Below, piece after piece: positions 43,422 through 51,613 of a DNA stretch of 64,000 bases (position 1 is the stretch's first letter; each line of letters opens with the position of its first letter). Position numbers and translations under genes: made by a program. Location of the stretch: positions 4,731 through 68,730 of the forward strand of contig CAUZOL010000001.1 of NCBI GenBank assembly GCA_963581435.1, written 5' to 3'. The notes beneath the pieces were generated by a model. The model did no database searches. It worked only from the letters and a program-made list of their open reading frames with translations, and was not told the origin of the DNA. Source of the stretch: Planctomycetota bacterium. GTDB taxonomy: Bacteria > Planctomycetota > Planctomycetia > Planctomycetales > Planctomycetaceae.

Positions 43422-45794
43422 TCATCCCGGTTGCAAGATCATCGTTTCCACCGCCACCTTGGCCGCCTCTTCTACATCCAACGGAATCGGGTGATACCGG
43501 CCCGAGATCCAGTCTTCAAACTGGTCGCTGTAATGCGGGCTGCCAGGATGTCCCGATTGGCTTTGGGCATCGACGGCGTTCAACACCGGCGGGTTGACGC
43601 TCAAATCGGCGATGAGTCGGTAGCCGGCACCGGTGGCAGCCGTCCAGTCGGGTCCGCTACCCGTGTTGCAAACGGTCGTCATATCGCCGCGAACCGGGCT
43701 GCCACCGTGATCGAGCAGTTGCGCCAAATCGCCGCGCGCTGACAACACGTGTTTGAGCGGCATGACGTGCAACCGCCCCCATTCCCATTCCGACATGTTG
43801 TCGCCGAAGCGGCTGGCGAGATCGTCCAACGCCGCTCGAAAGGCGGTGCGGATCTTCGTTTCACGGTCCCCCGCAGCGAACCAGCCGACCGCGTCGGCCT
43901 CCAACAGTCGGGCGGAAAAACCTTCGCAACCCTTCGCCAGTAATTCCGACGTATTGGCATCAAAGCGTTCGTCGGCTACGGTTCGTGCCCAGTGGGTGTA
44001 GAAGACATTGAAGATCGTCGTCGCGACCGAGTCCGGCTCGGCGTGAAAATCCCACGACTGCAATTGCTCCACCGCCTCGCGAACTCGGGGATCGTCGTCG
44101 TTCTTCAACAAATCGACGAGATGCGGCACCGCGCCGGCGGCTCGCAAATTCACCGAATCCTGATGCATGTCGCGCATGTCGTCGGGGGTGAGTTCCCCCT
44201 GCTCTTCAATCATCTGGCGAATGCGGGTACCGCGCCAGCCGCTGACCCAGCGACCGTACAGCAGATGCGGAAAGTCGTTCGGAACAAGTCGATTGTTAGC
44301 ACTGGCGATCCAGCCACGCTCCGGTTCGATGATGCCGGGCATTTCATCGAACGGAATCAACCCCTGCCATTGATGCTCCGGGTCCCAACCCGGCCGGTAA
44401 CCGCGTTCTTCCTGCTTGCGGACGGGGATGCGGCCGGACGACTGAAAGCCGATTGCCCCGTCGGTATCGGCGAACACCAACCCGAACGTCGGCACATGCC
44501 ACGGCCTGAGCGCTTCGCGGAACTCCTTCACATCGTTCGCGCGGCCGATGTCCAACAACGATGTCAGCCAACCGCCCTGATGGAAACCGAGCCAGTTGAG
44601 TGTGACCGGACCGGTTTTGTTCGCAGGTGGCGGAAGAATCTCATCGACGACCGGGCCGTTGCGCGAAAAGCGAATCGTCTTTGTCACCGGCTCGGCATCG
44701 CGGACGGCGATCACTTCGGCCAGTTCGCGGGCCGGTTCCCATTGGCCGTCGTAAAGGAAGCAATCAGAATGATCGGGGTCGATCTTCTCTTGATACAGAT
44801 CGCGCTGCGAGCAGATGTTGTTGGTGATGCCCCAGGCGACGCGTTCGTTGCGACCGAACATAATTGCCGGCATGCCAACATAGGCCATTCCCGCCACGTT
44901 GAACGATCCACCGCTGAGGTGGGCTTCGTACCAGCAGGAAACGGCCTCGAAGGCGATATGCGGATCGCTGCCCAACAGCGGCGCGCCGGTTGAAGTGCGG
45001 CTGCGGGAGACAACCCAGTTGTTGCTGCCGGTCGTGGCATCGGGATCACCCACCACCTGCCCCACCGGTTCCAGCGGCAGCGTTGCCGTCGGTGTGTATT
45101 CGCCGGGATGCAGAATCGACTCGTCGTCCGCTTCGCCCAGCAGATAGTTGTCGAACAGAGGGCCATTGCCCAGAGCGCGGCGAGCGAGTTCCGGCATGAC
45201 GATGACGGGATAACGCACTGTTAAGTAGTAGCGGAATTCACTTTCGATGGCGATGCAGTCGGTCTCGATCCAACGCTTTGGGCGGTAGTCCAACAGATCG
45301 AATTCAATCGGCAAGTTGTCGCCGCAATGGTCGATGAGCGCGTTAACGCCATCGGTGAAGGCGGTGAGCGTCTGCCGGACTTCGGGCGAAAGTCGTTCCC
45401 ACTCGTCGGCGGCGATGCGACTGTGACCAATCGTGCGGGCAACAATGTCGGTTTCCAGCCCGTCGGGGCCGAGAATTTCAGCCAGACGTCCCTGCGCTTT
45501 GCGGCGAAGATAGTCGAGTTGAAACAGCCGATCCTGCGCCATCGCATAGCCGAACCCAAAAAACAGGTCACGGTCGTTGTCGGCCTGAATGTGCGGAATG
45601 CCGTGCGCGTCGCGGGCAATCGACACGGTCGTCGAGACGTGTACGGGGATTTCTCCCGTGTGAGAGGGGACCCGTTTTTCGGCTTCTTCCCGCCACCAAC
45701 TGTCGAACTCGGCTCGCGTGATTCCCGCGGATTTGCAGGCGGATTGAATGCTGTCCCCGTCACCAAGGCGGCGAAGGCGTTCTTTAGTATTCAT
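43422..45794 (-). CDS. penicillin/AHL-acylase-family Ntn hydrolase
   Basis: 790 aa. The beta-chain nucleophile context TGSNNWVVS...GAPLLGSDPH is present. The N-terminus lacks a signal peptide. Confidence 0.88.
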   Translation of the reverse strand: MNTKERLRRLGDGDSIQSACKSAGITRAEFDSWWREEAEKRVPSHTGEIPVHVSTTVSIARDAHGIPHIQADNDRDLFFGFGYAMAQDRLFQLDYLRRKAQGRLAEILGPDGLETDIVARTIGHSRIAADEWERLSPEVRQTLTAFTDGVNALIDHCGDNLPIEFDLLDYRPKRWIETDCIAIESEFRYYLTVRYPVIVMPELARRALGNGPLFDNYLLGEADDESILHPGEYTPTATLPLEPVGQVVGDPDATTGSNNWVVSRSRTSTGAPLLGSDPHIAFEAVSCWYEAHLSGGSFNVAGMAYVGMPAIMFGRNERVAWGITNNICSQRDLYQEKIDPDHSDCFLYDGQWEPARELAEVIAVRDAEPVTKTIRFSRNGPVVDEILPPPANKTGPVTLNWLGFHQGGWLTSLLDIGRANDVKEFREALRPWHVPTFGLVFADTDGAIGFQSSGRIPVRKQEERGYRPGWDPEHQWQGLIPFDEMPGIIEPERGWIASANNRLVPNDFPHLLYGRWVSGWRGTRIRQMIEEQGELTPDDMRDMHQDSVNLRAAGAVPHLVDLLKNDDDPRVREAVEQLQSWDFHAEPDSVATTIFNVFYTHWARTVADERFDANTSELLAKGCEGFSARLLEADAVGWFAAGDRETKIRTAFRAALDDLASRFGDNMSEWEWGRLHVMPLKHVLSARGDLAQLLDHGGSPVRGDMTTVCNTGSGPDWTAATGAGYRLIADLSVNPPVLNAVDAQSQSGHPGSPHYSDQFEDWISGRYHPIPLDVEEAAKVAVETMILQPG

Positions 45795-45971
45795 TGTTGT
45801 CGATTACCTTCTCGGTCGCGATTCCCCAACGGGATTTTCGCAGATGCGTTCGTCTCACTTGATTCTGGTCGGCTCTGGTGTGATGCTGACCGAAACGAGA
45901 CCGGCATTCAATGCTGCGCCAAGGAAATCGTTGTGGTCGGTCATACAGCAGCCGCAAATAGGAGAGTCGAG

Positions 45972-47981
45972 ATGCGATGGTCGAGAGTCGAGAGTGTAGA
46001 GTCGAGAGTCGAGAGTCGAGAGCCGAGAGCAAGAAGGACGCTGAATGCGTCTCGGCTATTGATTGCGATTTTCGCGCTCATTGTTATTGCCAATGTTTTG
46101 CCGACGTTATCGACGGCTGCTGAGCCGGTCCGGAAGCATGTGGAACTGGATGCTGCGACCCGGGAACGGTGTTTGGATATTCTGCGTGCAGGACTCCGTT
46201 CGGACGAGTTCTGGCCATCGATTCATGCTGCCGAAGGACTGACATTGGGTGGTCGCGGTGAAGAAGTCCGCGAGTTTCTGTTGCCGAAACTTGGTTCTGA
46301 AACCGACGATCAACGCCGCTGCGGCATCGCCCGTGAACTGGTCCGTGCTGGTGATCGGTTGAAGGCGAACGTGATGTTGACAATTCTCGCTGGCAAGGAA
46401 AGTCATGGTCACGTTCATGCGGCGGAAAGTTTGTACAAGGTCGCTGAAATCGGCGACGGCGTCGCGATGCGGCGGGCTTTTGCGCAGGATGAGAACGAAA
46501 CGCTCAAAATCATGTCGGCCGCGGCGCTCGGGCGATGTGGCAATCCCGTCTGCATGGCTTACTTGCGGAAAACGTTGACACATTCCGATCCGAAAATCGC
46601 CCGCATTGCCGCATGGGTGTTGGGGCGAATTGGCGACTCCCAAGATATCGCCCAAATCTCGAAGAACGTGACAACCGCTCCCGATGCGCTCACGCGGGCC
46701 TATTACGAACACTCGCTGGCAGCTTTGGGTGATCTCTCGGGCCGCGAGGGGTTGGCGAAAAACCTGAGCGACGAGGATGCGGCCATCCGAACGTATGCGG
46801 CGACATTCGCTGGCGACGCACGGGCGGTTTTCGTTGCCGACAAGCTGGCGAAACGGCTCGACGATGAGAACGCCGACGTGCGGTTTCGTGCGGCTCAATC
46901 GCTGCTGGTGATCTCGCGTCCTGCTGATCCGGATCGTCACGAAGACGTTTCCCGAATGGTTTACAAGGCAACGAAAGAGAATCCGCGATACACCGAAGGA
47001 TCGATTCTCGAGTTGAGCGATGGTTCACTGTTGTTTGCGGCGACGGAATTCATCGGCGGTGGCAGTGACTTTGCCAAGGCGCAAATTGTAGGCCGAGAAT
47101 CGAGCGACGGCGGACGCACATGGGGCAAGCAGCGCATGCTGCAAGAGAACACCGGCGGCCGCAACGTAATGAGCGTCACGCTGCGGCGATTGAAGAAAGG
47201 ACCGATGGCGGGCGAGATTGCGCTGTTCTACCTGCAGAAGAACAGTTTCAGCGACCTCGACCTGCTGGTGCGGTTTTCAAAGGACGAGGGCCAAACGTTC
47301 GGCCCGCCGACAACGGTGACCAATGAGTCGGGTTACCACGTCGTGAATAACGACCGGGTGGTCGAACTTTCCACGGGACGGTTACTCGCGCCCGCCGCAT
47401 CGACGGCCGACGTGAAGAAGGTGAATCATTTTGTCTCGCACTGTTTCATTTCCGACGATGGCGGCCGGACCTGGCGGAAAGGTAAGAACAGCGTCGATAT
47501 GCCAAAACGCGGCGCAATGGAGCCGGAAGTGTTGGAACTCAACGATGGCGGCGTATTGATGATCGTCCGCACGCAACTGGGGATCATTGGTGCATTCCGC
47601 TCGACCGATGGCGGGGAAACATGGGGCGAACAGATGTCGCTCGACCTGAAAGCACCCGAAGCGCCGGCGACGCTGCGGCGGATTCCCTCGACCGGCGATC
47701 TGCTGTTGATCTGGAACAACACCTACACCGCCGGCGCCGGTCACGGCGGCAAACGAACTCCGCTGACCGCTGCCATCTCGTCCGACGAAGGCAAAACGTG
47801 GCGGAACGTGAGGAATCTCGAAACGGACAAGAGCAAAACGTTTTCCTACACCAGCGCGATTTTCGTGCGAGATCGCGTCGTGCTCAGTTACTGGGAAAGC
47901 GGTCCGGCCGCCGGACAACTTTCGACACGTTTTCGATCGCTGCCCGTGAGTTGGTTTTACGGCGAAGCTCGGAAGGAATGA
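45972..47981 (+). CDS. secreted HEAT-repeat + BNR/Asp-box (sialidase-fold) protein
   Basis: AGGAG lies 7 nt before ATG 45972. Five Asp-boxes (SSDGGRTWG, SKDEGQTFG, SDDGGRTWR, STDGGETWG, SSDEGKTWR). The 5' part of the 884-aa track ORF overlaps the acylase gene and is rejected. Confidence 0.75.
   Translation: MRWSRVESVESRVESREPRARRTLNASRLLIAIFALIVIANVLPTLSTAAEPVRKHVELDAATRERCLDILRAGLRSDEFWPSIHAAEGLTLGGRGEEVREFLLPKLGSETDDQRRCGIARELVRAGDRLKANVMLTILAGKESHGHVHAAESLYKVAEIGDGVAMRRAFAQDENETLKIMSAAALGRCGNPVCMAYLRKTLTHSDPKIARIAAWVLGRIGDSQDIAQISKNVTTAPDALTRAYYEHSLAALGDLSGREGLAKNLSDEDAAIRTYAATFAGDARAVFVADKLAKRLDDENADVRFRAAQSLLVISRPADPDRHEDVSRMVYKATKENPRYTEGSILELSDGSLLFAATEFIGGGSDFAKAQIVGRESSDGGRTWGKQRMLQENTGGRNVMSVTLRRLKKGPMAGEIALFYLQKNSFSDLDLLVRFSKDEGQTFGPPTTVTNESGYHVVNNDRVVELSTGRLLAPAASTADVKKVNHFVSHCFISDDGGRTWRKGKNSVDMPKRGAMEPEVLELNDGGVLMIVRTQLGIIGAFRSTDGGETWGEQMSLDLKAPEAPATLRRIPSTGDLLLIWNNTYTAGAGHGGKRTPLTAAISSDEGKTWRNVRNLETDKSKTFSYTSAIFVRDRVVLSYWESGPAAGQLSTRFRSLPVSWFYGEARKE
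45981..46029 (+). repeat. imperfect heptanucleotide tandem repeat (7 units) inside codons 4-20
   Basis: TCGAGAG x2, TGTAGAG, TCGAGAG x3, CCGAGAG. Confidence 0.9.
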
Positions 47982-48084
47982 GTGGCGCAGGAACCATTGT
48001 GGGCGGGCGACACGCTCGGTTTTAACGCAAAGGTCCAAAGGACCGCAGAGATTCGCAAAGGGAAAAAGATAGGCGGACAATAGG

Positions 48085-48159
48085 AGCCTGAAGCGCAAGC
48101 GAAGGAGCAATAAGAGTTCGTCCGCTTGTGCCGGTGCTCCTTCGCTAGCGCTTCAGGCT
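48085..48159. repeat. family-A long hairpin repeat, copy 4
   Basis: Arms AGCCTGAAGCGCAAGCGAAGGAGCA / TGCTCCTTCGCTAGCGCTTCAGGCT (one mismatch) with a 25-nt loop. Confidence 0.85.
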
Positions 48160-48288
48160 TCTCTATTAAGGGTCTGATGGTCCTTCGTTGGCTTCCTTTT
48201 CTTGTTGGGGTTGACCACGTCGAAAAAACTCGGCATGAATGTGGTGACGACCAGCGGGCGGCACGTGATACTTGAACGGACGAAACAA

Positions 48289-49449
48289 ATGAACCGACGA
48301 AACGTATGCGTTTTGATTCTTGCACTCGTTGGGACGCAAGGATGGGACTTCGGCACCGGAGCAGTCTCTGCGGCCGATGTCGAGAACCCGTTGGAATTGA
48401 CGTTGCCATCGGAGTTCTATGCGGTGGTTGGTGAGAAGACGACCATTGGCTTCGACAACATTGTGCTGACTAAGACGCCGGAAGAATACCGGTTCGATGT
48501 CGTGTGCAACATCGGTCGCGCCGGTAAGACGAATTGGGCGGTGACGCCGACGGCCGAAGATGTCGGCAAGCATACACTGCGGGTGAACGTCGCCGATGCC
48601 AACGGCAAGACGTTGGGCAGCGCGAAGACCACATTGCGCGTGGTGGCGGCCGATGCCGGTGTGGGCCGGACAATTCGGCTGTTGATTGTCGGTGACAGTC
48701 TGACGCATGCGACCGCGTATCCCAACGAAATCGCGAGGCTGCTCTCGAAACGGGGGAACCCCGCATGGAAAATGCTCGGCACACACAAGCCGAAAAACGC
48801 CGGCAAGGGCGTCGCCCACGAAGGATACGGCGGTTGGACGTGGCAACGGTTTGTCACACAATATGAGCCGAACCCCGACGGCACGTATCGCAAGCGGAGC
48901 AGTCCATTTGTGTCTCTCGGCGATGATGCCAAACCGAAGTTGGACGTCGCCCGCTATTTCAAGGAAGAGTGCGGAGGACAGCGGCCCGACTACGTGCTGT
49001 TTCTGTTGGGCATCAACGATTGCTTCAGTGCGAATCCCGAACAGCCGGACGACCGCATTGCGAGCATGCTGAAGCAGGCGGACATACTGCTGGCGGAATT
49101 CCGTCGAGCCGCGCCAAAGGCCGAACTGGGAATCTGCCTGACAACTCCGCCCAACTCCCGCCAAGCCGCTTTCGAGGCAAACTACAAGGACCGGTATTCA
49201 CGCTGGGGTTGGAAACAGACTCAGCATCGGCTCGTGCAGATGGAAATCAAACACTTCGGTCGGCAGGAGGACAAGCGAATGTTCGTCGTCCCCACCGAGA
49301 TGAATCTCGACCCAACCGCCGGCTACCCCGCCAACAACGGCGTGCACCCCAACACCGCCGGCTACCAACAACTCGGCGGTTCGATTTACGCCTGGCTGAA
49401 ACACCGGCTGGACATTGCCGATAAGGGGCTGAAGCGGTCGGCGAAGTGA
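48289..49449 (+). CDS. secreted SGNH/GDSL-family hydrolase
   Basis: ATG 48289 gives signal peptide MNRRNVCVLILALVGTQG. Block I LLIVGDSLTHA, GINDC, and a C-terminal GVHPNTAGY motif. Confidence 0.7.
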   Translation: MNRRNVCVLILALVGTQGWDFGTGAVSAADVENPLELTLPSEFYAVVGEKTTIGFDNIVLTKTPEEYRFDVVCNIGRAGKTNWAVTPTAEDVGKHTLRVNVADANGKTLGSAKTTLRVVAADAGVGRTIRLLIVGDSLTHATAYPNEIARLLSKRGNPAWKMLGTHKPKNAGKGVAHEGYGGWTWQRFVTQYEPNPDGTYRKRSSPFVSLGDDAKPKLDVARYFKEECGGQRPDYVLFLLGINDCFSANPEQPDDRIASMLKQADILLAEFRRAAPKAELGICLTTPPNSRQAAFEANYKDRYSRWGWKQTQHRLVQMEIKHFGRQEDKRMFVVPTEMNLDPTAGYPANNGVHPNTAGYQQLGGSIYAWLKHRLDIADKGLKRSAK

Positions 49450-49514
49450 GCGGGCGTGCGATGGCTGTTGACGAACGCTCGACCCCAGTCACCTTCTTCA
49501 ATCGAACGTTGGCT

Positions 49515-49913
49515 TCAATCGAATAACGGGGCGTCTCGTACAGCCCCGTTTTCTCCGAAATGGCGATCGCGAAGTCTTCTTAGAAGCGGACGTTCAATCT
49601 GTATCGAGACCTGACCTAACACGAAGCACGCAAAAACCAACCCGATTGCGACACAAACATATCCTGCCGGCGGTGGAAGCCTCGGCGTCATCGTCCACAG
49701 CAAGAGCATCACTCCGATAGCTAAACTGTTCGCTGCCACAGATCTCCATAGGAAGCGCATTCCAAAAACCGCTTCCCGATGCAGGAGTCGCTTCTCGTGG
49801 CGTGGCAGATCCCGCAATTCCGGCACCGAATCGATCGACGAGTAAATTTTCATAATGAACCTCTCCGGCGTCAATAATACCACCGACATCAAGATTGCCG
49901 CAAGATAATCCAA
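49515..49913 (-). CDS. hypothetical membrane protein
   Basis: Two predicted TM helices (SLAIGVMLLLWTM, YVCVAIGLVFACFVLG). Alternative start at 49853 (MKIYSS). Confidence 0.4.
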   Translation of the reverse strand: MDYLAAILMSVVLLTPERFIMKIYSSIDSVPELRDLPRHEKRLLHREAVFGMRFLWRSVAANSLAIGVMLLLWTMTPRLPPPAGYVCVAIGLVFACFVLGQVSIQIERPLLRRLRDRHFGENGAVRDAPLFD

Positions 49914-49932
49914 TCAGCGGTAGTGGCAACGG

Positions 49933-49978
49933 CCAAATAAAAAGCCCCGGCGACAGTTTTGAGGCTGCCGCCGGGGCT
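49933..49978 (-). terminator. intrinsic terminator (usable on both strands)
   Basis: 10-bp stem AGCCCCGGCG/CGCCGGGGCT. The minus strand continues TTTTATTTGG; the plus strand continues TCGTGTTTGTGG. Confidence 0.65.
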
Positions 49979-50084
49979 TCGTGTTTGTGGCCGTGGCATC
50001 TGCGTTGGCCCGCAATTGCGGCCACAGGTGCAGGCTACCGGGAATTGCCACAGGATGTAAAGGCAAAGCCCGCGGATCGGGCGA

Positions 50085-50300
50085 TCAATGCCCGTCGGGC
50101 ATGCCCAAATTGGCCCAGCGTTCGTAGTCGGCCGGAAAGTGGGCGCTCTTGCCGTAGATCAACTGTTGCGTCATCTGCTGCGACCATTTGAGATAACTCT
50201 CCAGGCCTTCGGCCGAGTGATACTTTTCGATGAGCGCATCGGAAACGTAAACTTCGTCGCCAAACTGCTCGTATTCCTCGCGTGGAATTCTCGTCGTCAT
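50085..50300 (-). CDS. small hypothetical protein, 71 aa
   Basis: Well-balanced, globular-looking sequence. A strong same-strand terminator lies about 105 nt downstream. Confidence 0.5.
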   Translation of the reverse strand: MTTRIPREEYEQFGDEVYVSDALIEKYHSAEGLESYLKWSQQMTQQLIYGKSAHFPADYERWANLGMPDGH

Positions 50301-50503
50301 CGGCCCGCACCTTCTTGGTGTTGAAGCAGCCTCGTCTCTTCGATTTCAGAATAACCGCTCCAGCGACGCGCTGCAAACGGACGCGTTTCAACCCAGAGTC
50401 CCCCACCCGGAGTGCTCGCCACCGCGCAAAAAACGACCGAGCCGATGGGAATCGACCCAGTCGTCAAATTGCTCAAATTGTCCGCCGAAATCAGCTTGGC
50501 GAA

Positions 50504-51076
50504 TCAGTCGTCGTAGTTGACGACAACAACGCCCTTCTTCGACTTGATTTCGATTTCGTATTTACCGTAATCGTATTCCACTTTGGCACCACCGCGGCTG
50601 ATTTTAACTTTCTTGCAGCCACAAGGAGGAACGCAGATTTCGACGAGAACGAATCGCGGAGCCGGCTTGCAGCGGCTGCAGGGGTCTCTCGGCGGCGGAC
50701 ACGGGTCCATCACCTGCACGACCATCTTGACGGCACAGGGATGAATGTTGTCGCGGTCTTCGTACTTCACTCGGTGGTAAAGCCCGATCGGCTGGCCAGC
50801 GGGGGCCGGCGCGATTTGCGTATCGCCTTCGGGCGTTGGCACAATGTACTCACCCGGAGCGAGTTTGATACCGGGCGGCGGTGCCAGCTGGAACGATGCC
50901 AACGCGATCCGCGAATCTTTCGGTCCGTTCTGCTGCCAGACAATGCGACCGTAAGTCTTGGGATTTTTAGTGGTGGTCTCCGAATCGAACAACCCATCGA
51001 GAAACCCCGCCTGGCTTCCGCCGCCGGTAAGGCTCAACATCGCCAAAGCGATGGATAAAATCATTAGTTTCTTCAT
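50504..51076 (-). CDS. secreted Cys/Pro-rich hypothetical protein, 190 aa
   Basis: Signal peptide MKKLMILSIALAMLSLTG. Cys cluster CPPPRDPCSRCKPAP...CVPPCGC. Confidence 0.65.
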   Translation of the reverse strand: MKKLMILSIALAMLSLTGGGSQAGFLDGLFDSETTTKNPKTYGRIVWQQNGPKDSRIALASFQLAPPPGIKLAPGEYIVPTPEGDTQIAPAPAGQPIGLYHRVKYEDRDNIHPCAVKMVVQVMDPCPPPRDPCSRCKPAPRFVLVEICVPPCGCKKVKISRGGAKVEYDYGKYEIEIKSKKGVVVVNYDD

Positions 51077-51613
51077 GGTGTGACTCCCGTTCTGTCGCTT
51101 GAATGACGCGAAAGCGTCTCCTACAGCGACTTTCTTAATCTAGTGACGCTCTGATATTCATACAGGCCCACGAAATGGTGATCCCTCATTGGGATGCAGC
51201 CCGCCTTCTGTTTGCCATCCGACAACTATAGTCTGCGTCGAAAGTGGTGGCGTCTTGCCAGCGTCAAATCGTTCGGAAACTGACGCGAAGTACGGAGATC
51301 TACAACCTTTAGGGATAATGGACGGCTTGGCGAATTGCAAGCTGTGTTCGCCGAAAATAGAGTGATTTTCCGTTTATTCGGTAGAAGCATGCGACCCGTT
51401 ACAGGCAGAAACCGATGTGGCGCCGAACCAGATGGCTGTGAATTGACGTTTTCACCCCATATGTGGGCGGATTGGATTGTCTCTTCACGTCTTGCGTCGT
51501 CGTGAAACGAAATACATAATAATGATCGGTGGGTTGTCGGGCCGAACTCTTGTTGCCGACAACAGAACCGATGATTATCCCGGGCCGCTGTTCCGACTGG
51601 AAGGACCAATCCG

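Noticed and set aside
43992-44993. 333-aa plus-strand ORF, plus similar antisense ORFs at 41918-42760, 46107-46940, 48166-49164, 47382-48110, 25235-26023, 50282-51058, 16792-17535, 11326-12060 and 4131-4850
   Set aside because: Each lies antisense to a gene with clear family motifs. None has a recognisable motif.
45327-45971. 5' 215 codons of the 884-aa track ORF
   Set aside because: This part overlaps the penicillin-acylase gene on the other strand. ATG 45972 has an AGGAG Shine-Dalgarno sequence and is followed by a signal-like segment.
45981-46029. CRISPR array, considered for this tandem repeat and for the palindromic repeat families
   Set aside because: The units are 7 nt with no spacers. 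The other repeat families are dispersed single copies, not regularly spaced arrays, and no cas genes are present.
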